From an uncultured Gemmatimonadaceae bacterium (GTDB taxonomy: Bacteria; Gemmatimonadota; Gemmatimonadetes; Gemmatimonadales; Gemmatimonadaceae): a stretch of 64,000 nt of DNA. The stretch is from positions 608,001-672,000 of the forward strand of contig CAWHHI010000011.1 in assembly GCA_963829055.1 (NCBI GenBank), written 5' to 3'. Shown piece by piece: positions 1 through 10,525 of this stretch. Below the pieces are notes generated by a model. The model did not search any database. It was not told the origin of the DNA and worked only from the letters and a program-made list of their open reading frames with translations. A program made the translations under genes and the position numbers. How positions within the stretch are numbered: position 1 is the stretch's first letter; every line of letters begins with the position of its first letter.

Positions 1-597
1 ACGTCGCGGCAGACACACCTCGTCGCCCGTGAGCGCGACCGGGCTCGCAATGTGGTCCGAGCATGAGAGCCGAACGTTGCGCCGCACACCGGCGCGCGCC
101 AGCAACGCCCGCATACGATCGGCGATTGGCGTCGCGTCGAGTGGCGTGCGGCCACCAAGGACCCGGAGCGTTCGGGCGTGGCCGGCGGTGAGCCACAGCA
201 GTCCCGCGCCCGCGGTCGTAAGCCACAGGATCAGCACTCCGGCCGTCCAGTGCGTCCCCCGCTGGCGCATGAAGAAGACGCGAGGCTCACTTCCCGGCGG
301 GCCGTCGCGAACCGCGAGCCGCATCGCCGGCACCGCTGAGGGCGCGGTTCTCGGCGCCAGGCGGAGTTGACCTGCGAGCGGCTCGCGCGCGACTGCCGTC
401 TGCAATGACGCGGTCACGATCCCACCCACGAGCGCGGTCTTCCAGAACAGGTCGCGCGTGGCATCGCCCATCCGCTTCCACGACGTTGCCACCCACGTCG
501 CGAGGAGGATGAGTGTGCTGTGGACGAGATACGTGAGGAGCCACGCGACGGCGATGTCAGTCCATCGGAGCACGACGAATTCCAGGCTAGCCAGCAT
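1..597 (-). CDS. M56 family metallopeptidase (BlaR1/MecR1-like), N-terminal part; runs off the window edge
   Basis: Manual translation from ATG at 597: MLASLEFVVLRWTDIAVAWLLTYLVHST...SPVALTGDEVCLPRR. Hydrophobic helices plus an SP...(I/V)xLP segment typical of M56; overlaps the stop of the upstream BlaI-like gene. The HExxH motif would lie outside the window. Confidence 0.75.
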   Translation of the reverse strand, partial: MLASLEFVVLRWTDIAVAWLLTYLVHSTLILLATWVATSWKRMGDATRDLFWKTALVGGIVTASLQTAVAREPLAGQLRLAPRTAPSAVPAMRLAVRDGPPGSEPRVFFMRQRGTHWTAGVLILWLTTAGAGLLWLTAGHARTLRVLGGRTPLDATPIADRMRALLARAGVRRNVRLSCSDHIASPVALTGDEVCLPRR

Positions 598-1054
598 CGC
601 TGCCACCGTCGTTGGGGGCGGGCTCGCGCGCGGCCGACGCACCGCGCCGAGTTCCGTTCTCCGCTTCGGCGATCATCCGCTTCACGCGGTCGAGGTCACC
701 GGGATTCATGTCGCGCGAGCGCAGGAGATGGCTCATGAGCGCGGCGGAGCTGCCGTTGAAGAGCAGCTCTGTGAGCTCGGAGACCATCGAGCCGCGCACG
801 TCCTGTTCGGTGATGAGCGGACGGTAGACGAACTGGCGCCCGTCCAGTCGGTGCTCGACGACGCCGCGCTTCTCGAGGCGCGAGAGGAGCGTCGCGATGG
901 TTGTTTGCGCGAGATCGCGCTCGGGGCGCAGCCGGTTCTGGACGTCCAACACCGTCGCCTCGGCGCGATCCCACAGGATGCGCATGATGGCGAGTTGGAG
1001 ATCGGTGAGAGAGGTTGGCACGGTTGAGAGGGATGAGGAACCCGGCGCGTTCAT
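587..1054 (-). CDS. BlaI/MecI/CopY family transcriptional repressor
   Basis: LTDLQLAIMRILW...AQTTIATLLSRLEKRGVV...FVYRP winged helix; start taken at MNAPG (1054). Confidence 0.9.
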   Translation of the reverse strand: MNAPGSSSLSTVPTSLTDLQLAIMRILWDRAEATVLDVQNRLRPERDLAQTTIATLLSRLEKRGVVEHRLDGRQFVYRPLITEQDVRGSMVSELTELLFNGSSAALMSHLLRSRDMNPGDLDRVKRMIAEAENGTRRGASAAREPAPNDGGSDAG

Positions 1055-1268
1055 GGAGTGGCTAGCCGCGTCGTTCACTTTGGTGAGACAAGCGCCGCGC
1101 GTCCGGGGTTGCCGATCACCGCGCAATCGCGGTCGTCATCAGGGTTGCGCCGGCGAACCCGTGCTCCAAAGTTGTTCGCGCCAATCCATACCTGAGCTGC
1201 CGTCCGCCTTCGGAGCGCGCACTCCGCAGACGGATCGGTCCATTCTCTACATCGAGGAGTCGCACCTG

Positions 1269-2150
1269 ATGATTCGCATCCCGTTCCACGCGACGGCCGC
1301 CGCGGCCATCGCCGTTCTGGCGTCTGGCTGCGCGAAGACCGAAACGAAACCGGCGGCTGATTCCGCCGCGAGCGTTGCTACACCCGCACCGGCGCCTGCT
1401 GCCACCGCGAACACGGTCAACTTTACCGCAAAGGAATTCGCGTTCGAGGGGCCGGACACGATTCCCGCGGGGCTCACGGCGTTTCACCTGACCGACGCTG
1501 GTAAGGAGTTGCACCACGTCGCGCTCATCAAGCTCGATCAGGGGAAGACGTACGCCGATCTGCAGACCGCGTTCAAGGCAGGTGGTGGTCCACCACCGGC
1601 GTGGGCGGTGGCGTACGGCGGTGTGAACCCGCCGGCGCCGGGCGAGTCGGCTACAGCCATGCAAGTGATGGAACCGGGCAACTATGCGGTGGTCTGCTTC
1701 GTCGAAGGCGCGGATCATGTCCCGCACATGGCAAAGGGCATGATGAAGCCGCTCACGGTGACGGCATCGGCGAACGCGAACATGACCGAGCCGACGGCCG
1801 ACGTCACGCTGACGCTCAGCGACTACAAGTTCGTTCTCTCGAAGCCGCTCGTCGCGGGCAAGCAGATGATCAAGGTCGAGAACGAAGCTACGCAGCCGCA
1901 CGAGGTCGTGCTGGTTCAGCTGGCGCCGGGGAAGACGATCGAGGACGTCGGCAAGTGGGTCATGGACATGAAGGGCCCGCCGCCGGGAAAGCCGATTGGT
2001 GGCATCCCGGGGTTCATGGCCGGGAAGAACACGTACTTCGAGGTGAACCTCGCGCCGGGCGACTACGGAATGATCTGCTTCATAGGGGATGCGAAGGACG
2101 GCAAGCCGCACTTCGCGCACGGCATGGCGCAGACGTTCAAGATCAGCTGA
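1269..2150 (+). CDS. Lipoprotein with two tandem cupredoxin-like (type-1 copper) domains
   Basis: GAGGAG RBS; lipobox LASGC; two repeats with H...C-x-H-x-M ligands (LHHVAL...VCFVEGADHVPHMAKGM and PHEVVL...ICFIGDAKDGKPHFAHGM). Confidence 0.75.
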   Translation: MIRIPFHATAAAAIAVLASGCAKTETKPAADSAASVATPAPAPAATANTVNFTAKEFAFEGPDTIPAGLTAFHLTDAGKELHHVALIKLDQGKTYADLQTAFKAGGGPPPAWAVAYGGVNPPAPGESATAMQVMEPGNYAVVCFVEGADHVPHMAKGMMKPLTVTASANANMTEPTADVTLTLSDYKFVLSKPLVAGKQMIKVENEATQPHEVVLVQLAPGKTIEDVGKWVMDMKGPPPGKPIGGIPGFMAGKNTYFEVNLAPGDYGMICFIGDAKDGKPHFAHGMAQTFKIS

Positions 2151-2160
2151 GCCCAGAGGG

Positions 2161-2390
2161 AGGCCTTAGGAAGGAGGCCGGAGGAAGGAGGGCGGACGGC
2201 GGATGGCGGACGTCGAGGCGGAGCGTGTCATCCCGAGCGTCGCGCGAGGGATCTTCTGCGACGTCATCGTGGCAGCCTCGCCACGAGGACGTCGAGAAGA
2301 TCCCTCGCTGCGCTGCTCGGGCTGACACGCTCGGCATGCCATCCGCCGTCCGCCGTCCGCCCTCCGAAGGCCGCCTCCTTCCTACGGCCT
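2161..2390. repeat. Nested inverted repeat: heptamer-rich outer arms enclosing a family-B REP-like doublet (2226-2327)
   Basis: Outer arms AGGCCTTAGGAAGGAGG...GGCGGACGGCGGATGGC and GCCATCCGCCGTCCGCC...CCTCCTTCCTACGGCCT; inner TGTCATCCCGAGCG...GAGGGATCTTCT...AGAAGATCCCTC...GCTCGGGCTGACA; lies between convergent genes. Confidence 0.85.
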
Positions 2391-3384
2391 ATTTCTTTGG
2401 TGGAGGCGGCGGCGGCGTTAGGCTCGCCTTCCATGCCGCCTCGAGTCCCGGGACGTCGTGCGGCAGTGACTTCGCCTGGGCGAGGGTGGCGCTGAGTGGC
2501 TCGCCGCGCCGCGTTCGGTCGACGACCTGCCTGATGATCCCGCGGCCCTCACGGGCCCACATGAACTCGACCAGGCTCGCGGACTGGAGCGCAGCCAGCG
2601 TCTCCCGCGGTTGTTTCCGGAGGTTCTGCGGCTGAACCGGCCGGCCACGGGAGTCGACCCGACTCTGGTCCATCCCGCTGAGCGCTCCTTCACTCGACAC
2701 ACCGGCAGGAATGGAGGATTCGGGGATCGACATCTGCACGAGCGTGTCGATCGGTACGAGGTCGCCCAGCTGCGACGCGAGCTGCGCGTTGCGATTACGA
2801 GACGACGGGTACCCAGTCACGAGCTGCGTCGCACCGGCGACAATCCAGTCCGGCAGCGGGCTCGCGCCCACCGCCGTATCCGCGCTCAGAACCCACTGCC
2901 GCGCGACCTTGTTACGCACCGACGACACCAGGAACCTCGCGATCGGGAGCGGATTTCCTTCGCGGTCTCGCGGAATGTTCACGTGCTCCCACACGATGAT
3001 CTTGGCTCCCGACGTTCGCACGACGCTATCCATGGCCGCGCTGTCCGCGGGCTGCACGATCAGGCCAACGGCCGTTCTGGGCGGAAGCGTCTGGAAGTAG
3101 CGACGATATGGTAGCTGCGCGTCGTCGAGCAGCAGGAAGATGCCGCCCAGCAGGGAGCGATCGCGTGAGGCGACGACGATGTCGCTGCTGTCCAGCACGG
3201 AGAAATGATCGTTCGCGCCGATCGGCACGACCTTGACGGTCGGCTCGAATCCGGGAATCCCGGTCGTTTCGGGGGGCGGCCCTGAGGAGCACGCCAACGC
3301 GAGTGCCAGCAGGAAGGTCGCGCTCGTCAGGCTCGTGAGGCGTACTACGGGTCGTCGCACCGCGTCCATCTGGATTCCTGGCAT
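2389..3384 (-). CDS. Hypothetical lipoprotein, degenerate peptidase-MA-like domain
   Basis: Lipobox LALAC; PLPDWIVAGA and QSASLVEFM segments recall MA-clan peptidase-like proteins, but there is no HExxH; start uncertain (3384 or 3369). Confidence 0.55.
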   Translation of the reverse strand: MPGIQMDAVRRPVVRLTSLTSATFLLALALACSSGPPPETTGIPGFEPTVKVVPIGANDHFSVLDSSDIVVASRDRSLLGGIFLLLDDAQLPYRRYFQTLPPRTAVGLIVQPADSAAMDSVVRTSGAKIIVWEHVNIPRDREGNPLPIARFLVSSVRNKVARQWVLSADTAVGASPLPDWIVAGATQLVTGYPSSRNRNAQLASQLGDLVPIDTLVQMSIPESSIPAGVSSEGALSGMDQSRVDSRGRPVQPQNLRKQPRETLAALQSASLVEFMWAREGRGIIRQVVDRTRRGEPLSATLAQAKSLPHDVPGLEAAWKASLTPPPPPPKK

Positions 3385-3497
3385 CGCGTTCTCAGTCCGT
3401 TCCGGTTTTGGGTCTGTCGGAAGCGTTCGGGGGGCCGTCCGCCGGGGTCTACTCCCAATGGGCCCGCCGGTTCCCTCGCTTTCCGGCCTCGACAAGT

Positions 3498-4322
3498 CTA
3501 GTGCCTCGGCACCAGTGCGACGACCCGCACGGGACCGCCGGAGCCGCCTTCGATCTTCATGGGCAGCGCGAACAGGAGCGCCCCGGTGGCGGGCAGCAGG
3601 TTCAGGTTCGTGAGGTTCTCGATGCCGGGAACGTCGGCGGCGGCCGCGATGCGGTGGACCATGAAGTCCTGCGACGCGCCGTAGTCGATGGACGCGGCGT
3701 CCACGCCAATGGCAGCCGCACGGCGCTCCTGAATCAGAAGCCTGGCGGCTTCGACGCCGTAGCTCGGGAAGTGGAGCTTGGAGGCGTCGTTTGGCGTGTC
3801 ATCGCCCATGTACGATTTCTTGTCAGGCCAGCGCGTGCTCCATCCGGTGCGCAGCAGCACGATCGTCCCGGGCGGAATGCGGCCGTTCGTGCGCTCGAAC
3901 GCGAGGACGTCGTCACGCGTTAGGCGGTAGTCCTGGTCAGCCCGGGTCCGCGCCGTGACGTCGATCACGACCGCCGGCGCGATGAGCCGGTCGAGCGGCA
4001 CGCGGTCGACGGTGAGGTGCCCTTCGCCGAAGTGGATCGGGGCGTCGAGGTGGGTGCCGCCGTGCTCGGGAGCCGAAAACGCGAACGACGAGTAGAACCA
4101 GCCGCCCGGCGTCTGTCCGTACGACAGGCTGTCGAGCTTGAACGTCGTCGGCGACGTCGGCCAGTAGATGGTCTTCGCGTTGAGCGCGTGCGTGAGATCG
4201 ACCGTTCGATAGCTCCGCAGGTCGAGCGTCTGCGCGCCCACGCCGCGCGCCCACGCCGGTATGACCGACGCGAGCACGAGCGCAACGGCGAACACGCGAG
4301 CCTGACGACGTCCGGGGTTCAT
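3498..4322 (-). CDS. Cyclase family protein (kynurenine formamidase-like) with signal peptide
   Basis: EHGGTHLDAPIHF metal motif, LLRTGW, GVDAASID, IENLTNL, GGSGGPVR. Confidence 0.9.
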   Translation of the reverse strand: MNPGRRQARVFAVALVLASVIPAWARGVGAQTLDLRSYRTVDLTHALNAKTIYWPTSPTTFKLDSLSYGQTPGGWFYSSFAFSAPEHGGTHLDAPIHFGEGHLTVDRVPLDRLIAPAVVIDVTARTRADQDYRLTRDDVLAFERTNGRIPPGTIVLLRTGWSTRWPDKKSYMGDDTPNDASKLHFPSYGVEAARLLIQERRAAAIGVDAASIDYGASQDFMVHRIAAAADVPGIENLTNLNLLPATGALLFALPMKIEGGSGGPVRVVALVPRH

Positions 4323-4629
4323 TGTTTCCTCCCTGTCGTTATCCGGCGCAACCGCGGTCTGCGGTCGCGCTTGTGTGAGCCGCGTCCATGAAGCAAGGGC
4401 GACGCAGCTTGCGGCTGTGCAGCCCATATAAAAGGTATGGCAACCAACGCGGCGCTCAGCGCTAGCGGATATGCGCCGTCGTATCGTGGAGGGCAAGCGC
4501 GAGAAGAGAACACGGAGGCAACACGCACGCGCCACACCGTATCGCAACGCTCGAACGAACCCTCCTAACGGCAGAGGTAGGCACGGTAAGTGGTCGTCCC
4601 GTTGTGATCCCAATGGACTACCTCTTGCT

Positions 4630-4820
4630 CAATGCACGAAGGTGAACAACTCGAACCCGCAGCTCGCGGTTCGGACCGCTGGCACCACGACGAGCCTGAC
4701 CGGCTTTTCGCCGTCGTTCGCCGCGAACGGGACATACACCGTGATCGTTACAGGCACGGCCGCGTCGCCGGTGTTCACGACGCTGAACGATGAGTTCATC
4801 ACGCCGACCAGCGGGTCGGC
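4630..4820 (+). pseudogene. Isolated gene fragment resembling a DUF4397-like beta-sandwich segment
   Basis: CTKVNNSNPQLAVRTAGTTTSLTGFSPSFAANGTYTVIVTGTAASPVFTTLND has coding-like codon usage but no credible start or continuation. Confidence 0.4.
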
Positions 4821-4909
4821 TCCGCCACGCCTAACGTCGACGTGCCATTGCGGCGTATGTCCGCGTCGTCGTACCTGACGGCTCGCGCCGCCAGGCAGGA
4901 GGATTTCCC

Positions 4910-5884
4910 ATGACGACCCTCGAACGTCACGAGCCGCAACCGGCGACCGCAGAAGAGCCGACACAGGTCGCACCGGGCCTGGCTTACCTGAGAGACCGTA
5001 TCGTGAACGTGGCGTTCATCGCGTCGTCCGATGGACGTGACGGTGAGTGGGTGCTCGTAGACGCCGGGCTCCCCGGTGCGGCATCGCGCATCGTCCGAGC
5101 CGCCGAGTCGCTGTTCGGTGCAGGCGCGACTCCGGCGGCCATCGTCCTCACGCACGGCCACTTCGACCATGTCGGGTCGCTGCGTGAGCTGGTCCGGCGC
5201 TGGCAGGTGCCGGTGTACGCCCACGAGCTCGAGTTGCCGTACCTGACGGGCCGCTCGTCCTATCCACCGCCGGATCCGGCGGTGGGCGGGGGAGCGATGG
5301 CGACGATGTCGCGCTTCTTCCCACGCAAGCCCATCGACCTTGGCGACTCGGTGCAGCCGCTCCCGAAAGATGGAACTGTTCCCGTGATCGGGGAGTGGCG
5401 ATGGCTCCATACACCGGGGCACGCGCCGGGCCACGTCTCGTTGTTTCGCGACTACGATCGCGCGCTCGTCGCTGGAGATGCGTTCGTCACGACGAAGCAG
5501 GAATCACTGTGGGCGGCGATGACACAGCGGCCCGAGGTCCACGGACCGCCGGCGTACTTCACCATGGATTGGACGGCGGCCGAGTCGTCGGTCGATGATC
5601 TCGTGGCGTTGCGGCCGAGCGTCGCGGTGACGGGCCACGGCATGGCCATGCGCGGTGAGCGGCTCGAGCGCGAGCTGCGCGAGCTATCGATGAACTTCCG
5701 CGACCGGGAGGTGCCTCGACGTGGTCGGTACGTCGGCCATCCGGCGGTCGCCGATCGCTCCGGCGTCATCTTCGTTCCGCCGCCCGTCGCTGACGTCGTC
5801 GGCCGCACGGTGACTGGCGTCGCCGCGGCCGCGGTGGCGCTGGTGACACTCGCCGCCGTTAGGCGGCGGAGCAACGGCGGATAG
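4910..5884 (+). CDS. MBL-fold metallo-hydrolase
   Basis: AGGAGG RBS; LVDAG, THGHFDHVG, HTPGHAPGH, AGDAF, TGHG motifs; C-terminal hydrophobic tail. Confidence 0.9.
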   Translation: MTTLERHEPQPATAEEPTQVAPGLAYLRDRIVNVAFIASSDGRDGEWVLVDAGLPGAASRIVRAAESLFGAGATPAAIVLTHGHFDHVGSLRELVRRWQVPVYAHELELPYLTGRSSYPPPDPAVGGGAMATMSRFFPRKPIDLGDSVQPLPKDGTVPVIGEWRWLHTPGHAPGHVSLFRDYDRALVAGDAFVTTKQESLWAAMTQRPEVHGPPAYFTMDWTAAESSVDDLVALRPSVAVTGHGMAMRGERLERELRELSMNFRDREVPRRGRYVGHPAVADRSGVIFVPPPVADVVGRTVTGVAAAAVALVTLAAVRRRSNGG

Positions 5885-6200
5885 CAGCACGCGAGCGGAT
5901 AGCATCACACGACCAGGAGGCGCGATCGCACGGTGCGATCGCGCCTCCGCGCGCATGACGGATCACTGTCTCCAGCTTCATAAACGCTCCATGAATACCT
6001 GCCCCGACCGTCTGATTCGTTAGGCGGCGACGGTCCGGCAGGTCATTCGGCGGTGCCCGCAACAGGACGCGGCCCGGCGCGGTTCCTGCACTAGATATAG
6101 TTGCGATACAGACCTTATTGCTTTGGACAGCAACTGTGCAGCTCAGCAGTATTCGCTGCACGGGCCAGGAGGTGCGTCGGAAATGGCTTGCGACCGGGCA

Positions 6201-8082
6201 ATGTTGAACGTCTCGAAATGCGGCCGAGTGGGCACGCTGCTGTTGGTGGCCGCGCTCTGCGGGTGCACGCGCGAGATCCCGCGGTCTGCCGAAGCCGAAA
6301 CCGCGTCGGCGCGACCTGCCACCACAACCGCCTCCAGCACGCCGTCCGCGACGGGCGCGCGCGCGGAGATCACCATCCCGGGCCGAGACGCTGAGGACGG
6401 GCAGTGGATCCGACCGGCGAAGGACTACGCGAGCACGCGGTTCAGCGGACTCGATCAGATCACGACCGCCAACGCCGCCTCACTCAAGCTCGCGTGGAGC
6501 TTCTCGACCGGCGTGCTGCGCGGGCAGGAGGCGGCGCCGCTCGTCGTGGGCAGCACGATGTACGTCGTGACGCCGTATCCGAACATCCTCTACGCGCTCG
6601 ATCTCTCGAAGCCCGGCGCGCCGGCGAAATGGAAGTACGAGCCGAAGCCGCTCGCCGCCTCGCAGGGCGTCGCGTGCTGCGACGTCGTGAACCGCGGCGC
6701 CGTCTACGACAACGGCAAGATCTTCTACAACACGCTCGACAATCAGACGGTCGCCGTCGACGCGAACACCGGGAAGGAGCTGTGGCGCACGCAGCTCGGT
6801 GACATCAACAACGGCGAGACGATCACGATGGCGCCGCTCGTCGTGAAGGGGAAAGTTCTCGTCGGCAACAGTGGCGGCGAGATGGGTGTGCGCGGATGGC
6901 TCACGGCCCTCGATGCCGGCACCGGCAGAGTGGCGTGGCGCGCGTATCACACCGGGCCCGACTCGCTCGTGCTCATCGGCTCGCGCTTCAAGCCGTTCTA
7001 CAAGAGCGATCAGGGCAAGGACCTGGGCGTGAAGACGTGGCCGCCCGACAAGTGGAAGCAGGGCGGCGCCGGCGCGTGGGGGTGGATCTCGTACGACGCG
7101 GCGCTCGACCTGATCTACTACGGCACGGCCAATCCGGGACCATGGAATCCCGAGCATGCGGCCCGGCGACAACAAGTGGTCGTCGACGACGTTCGCGCGC
7201 GACCCCGATACGGGTGAAGCGGTGTGGGCGTACCAGGTCACGCCGCACGATCTGCACGACTACGACGGCATCAACGAGAGCATCCTGCTCGACCTGCCAT
7301 GGAACGGGCAGCAACGCCGAGTGCTCGTGCGGCCAGAGCGAGATGGCTATGTGTACGTGCAGGACCGCGCGACCGGCGAGGTGCTGGCGGCCGACACGTT
7401 CGGCGTCGTCAACTCCACGTTAGGCGTCGATCTCAAGACGGGCCGTCCGGCGGTCAACAAGGAGAAGGAGCCCATCACCGGACAGGTCGTGCGGATGATC
7501 TGCCCGGCGTCACCGGGTACGAAGGACTGGCAGCCGTCGGCGTTCTCGCCGCGCACGGGGCTCATCTACATCCCGCACCAGAACCTGTGCATGGACGTCG
7601 AGAGCGTGGAGGCGAACTACATCGCCGGCACGCCGTACGTGGGCATGAACGTGAAGATGTACGCCGGACCGGGCGGGCACCGCGGCGAGTTCGACGCGTG
7701 GGACCCGATCGCGCGGAAGAAAGTATGGAGCCTCAAGGAGAACTTCCCGGTCTGGAGCGGAGCGCTCGTGACGGCGGGCGATGTCGCGTTCTACGGCACC
7801 ATGGACGGGTGGTTCAAGGCGGTCGACGCGCGCACCGGCAAGCAACTCTGGCAAACGAAGCTGGGCTCGGGGATCATCGGACAGCCGATCACGTACCGCG
7901 GCCCTGATGGCAAACAGTACGTGGCGATACTCGCCGGCGTCGGTGGTTGGACGGGCGCCATCGTCTCCGGAGGGCTCGACCCGCGTGACTCGAGCGCCGC
8001 GCTCGGGATGGTGAACGCGATGCGCGACCTGCCTAACGCCACGACCAAGGGAGGGACGCTCTACGTCTTCGCGTTGCCATGA
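6201..8082 (+). CDS. xoxF: PQQ-dependent methanol/ethanol dehydrogenase, lanthanide-type (XoxF-like), lipoprotein; frameshift at ~7155
   Basis: Lipobox LCGC; ACCDVVNRG vicinal Cys; GETITMAP; RPGDNKW; PHDLHDYDGINE carries the D-x-D extra Asp; ORFs 6123..7217 and 7156..8082 join after a 1-nt indel. Confidence 0.8.
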
Positions 8083-8961
8083 TCACGCCCATGATCACGC
8101 CTCGGAATGTTGCATTGGCCATGGTGACGTCGGTCGCGACGCTGCTCGGAACGGCAGGCACCACGACGGGCTCGGCCCGCCCGCTTCGCGTCTGCGCTGA
8201 CCCGAACAACCTGCCCTTCTCCGACTCGACCGGCGCGGGGTTCGAGAACCGGCTCGCCTCGCTCGTCGCCAGCGAGATGAAGACGACGGTGGCGTATACG
8301 TGGTGGGCGCAACGGCGCGGCTTCGTCCGCAACACGCTCAACGCGCAGGAGTGCGACGTCGTCATGGGCGTGCCCGCGTCGTTCGAGCTGACCGCGGTCA
8401 CGCGCCCGTACTACCGCTCGTCCTACGTCTTCGTCTCACGCCGCGACCGCGGGCTGCATGTCCGCTCGCTCGACGACCCGGCGCTCAGGCGCCTCACGAT
8501 CGGCGTGCAGCTCGTCGGAGACGACTACGCGAACACACCACCCGCCCATGCGCTCGCGCGGCGCGGCATCGTCCAGAACGTGCGCGGGTACCAGGTACAG
8601 GGAGACTATCGCCAGCAGTCGCCGCCGGCACGCATCGTCGACGCCGTCGCCAACGGCGACGTGGACATCGCGCTCGCGTGGGGACCGCTCGCCGGATACT
8701 TCGCGTCACGCGAGCGCGTGCCGCTGGATGTCGTGCCGGTGTCGCCGGAGTTCGACTCCGCCTTCGCTGCCGTTCGTGTTCGACATCTCGATGGGCGTGC
8801 GACGCGCGGACCGCACGCTTCGCGATACGCTCGACGCGATTCTCGTCCGGCGCCGTTCGTCGATCGACAGCCTGCTCCGCGCCTACGGCGTTCCGCTGGT
8901 GAACGCGAAGCGGTCGGCGTCGACGAACAGCGCGCCACGTCCAGGCCGGGAGGTCCAATGA
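8079..8961 (+). CDS. xoxJ: XoxJ/MoxJ-type substrate-binding protein; frameshift at ~8760
   Basis: LRVCADPNNLPFS, GFENRLA, PYYRSSYVFV, WGPLAGYF, then LPFVFDISMGVR in the shifted frame. Confidence 0.85.
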
Positions 8962-9551
8962 TCGCCCGCACCGCTTCACGCCGAGAGCGCTCGCGTGCGC
9001 AACGCTGTTGTCGTCGCCATCGCGCTCGCCGCCATGCAGCCGGGTGCAAACGCGAGGAGCGACGATTCGACGCCGAGGCGCCGTCGGCACCGGCCTACGC
9101 CGCGGTCGCGCAGGACACGCTGCAGCCTGGAGTGCCCAGGCCCGACATCGACGTCGTCAATTCGTCCGAGAAGAACGCGTACGACATCTCCGAGGGCAAA
9201 CGACTGTTCGAGCAGTGGAACTGCAGCGGCTGCCACTCGCACGGCGGCGGTGGAATGGGGCCGCCGCTGATGGATGACGAGTGGATCTACGGTAGCGATC
9301 CGGAGAACATCGTCGCCACGATCGTCGAGGGCCGGCCTAACGGGATGCCGTCGTTCCGCGCGCGGATCACGAACCAGCAGCTGTGGGAGATCGCTGCGTA
9401 CGTGCGTTCGATGGCCGGGCTGACACCCAAGGCTCCGAGTCCGGGGCGTGATGACGACATGCAGTACAAGGTGGACGAGCAGCGTACGGCGGCGCAGCCA
9501 CCCCGTGCGTCGGCATCGCGCGGCACGCCGCCGAAGTCGGAAAAGCCATGA
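8958..9551 (+). CDS. Monoheme c-type cytochrome (XoxG-like), probably a lipoprotein
   Basis: CSGCH heme motif, GGGGMGPPLMD, GRPNGMPSF; signal peptide disrupted by compensating indels before AGCKRE. Confidence 0.85.
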   Translation: MIARTASRRERSRAQRCCRRHRARRHAAGCKREERRFDAEAPSAPAYAAVAQDTLQPGVPRPDIDVVNSSEKNAYDISEGKRLFEQWNCSGCHSHGGGGMGPPLMDDEWIYGSDPENIVATIVEGRPNGMPSFRARITNQQLWEIAAYVRSMAGLTPKAPSPGRDDDMQYKVDEQRTAAQPPRASASRGTPPKSEKP

Positions 9552-10525
9552 GCGCCATGACGTGGGCGGGTAGCATCTTCGACACGGCTGGAAGCCAGGC
9601 GGAACGCATCGCGCGGCTCGCATGGTTCATCATCACCGTGTCGACCATCGTGTACGTGCTCGTGCTCGCGGCCACCGCGCTCGCGGTACGTCGCGCACGC
9701 GCGCGCACTGCGCGCGGTGATCTCGCTGATCAGGCGCCGGAGACCGAGCGCCGCCTCACGCGGCATGTGCTCATCGCGACGGGCGTGAGCACGATTCTCC
9801 TGCTCGTGTACGTCACGGTCACCGCGCAGACCGGACGCGCGATCGCGTGGCCCATGAACTCCACGCAACAACCGCTCACGGTCGAGGTCACAGGGCATCA
9901 GTGGTGGTGGGAGTTCCGCTATCGCGACTCCGTTCCGAGCAACTGGCTCAGCACGTCGAACGAGCTGCACATCCCCGTCGGGCGGCCCGTCCGGGTGATC
10001 CTGTTGTCGAACGACGTCATTCACAGCTTCTGGGTGCCCGAGCTGCACGGCAAGCAGGACGCGATTCCCGGCCACCGGAACACGACGTGGCTGCAGGCGG
10101 ATCGCCCCGGCGTGTGGAAGGCGCGGTGCGCGGAGTTCTGCGGCTACCAGCACGCGAAGATGGCGTTCGACGTCGTCGCCGAGTCGCCCGCGCGCTTCAA
10201 TCAGTGGTACGTGAGCCAGCTCGCGTCGGCGTCGCCGCCAACTGACACGTCGGCAAAGCGCGGGCAGGACGTCTTCGTGCAGCGCACGTGCGTCATGTGC
10301 CACACGATCAGCGGAACGCCGGCCGGTAGCCGTGTGGGTCCCGAGCTGTCACACCTCGCGACGCGCCCGTCGATCGCCGCTGGCTCCCTGCCTAACACGC
10401 GCGAGAACCTGAGCCGCTGGATTCTCAACCCTCAACTCATCAAGCCCGGCGTGCACATGCCGCCGAATCCGCTGCCGCCGTCCGAGATGAATGCGTTGCT
10501 CGATTACCTGGAGACACTCAAGTGA
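9548..10525 (+). CDS. coxB: Cytochrome c oxidase subunit II fused to cytochrome c (caa3-type)
   Basis: GHQWWWEF, DVIHSFW, CAEFCGYQHAKM CuA motif, C-terminal CVMCH. Confidence 0.95.
   Translation: MSAMTWAGSIFDTAGSQAERIARLAWFIITVSTIVYVLVLAATALAVRRARARTARGDLADQAPETERRLTRHVLIATGVSTILLLVYVTVTAQTGRAIAWPMNSTQQPLTVEVTGHQWWWEFRYRDSVPSNWLSTSNELHIPVGRPVRVILLSNDVIHSFWVPELHGKQDAIPGHRNTTWLQADRPGVWKARCAEFCGYQHAKMAFDVVAESPARFNQWYVSQLASASPPTDTSAKRGQDVFVQRTCVMCHTISGTPAGSRVGPELSHLATRPSIAAGSLPNTRENLSRWILNPQLIKPGVHMPPNPLPPSEMNALLDYLETLK

Noticed and set aside
587..1054. Copper-sensing CopY controlling the divergent cupredoxin
   Set aside because: No C-terminal CxC motif; the gene is coupled to an M56 peptidase as in BlaI/BlaR pairs.
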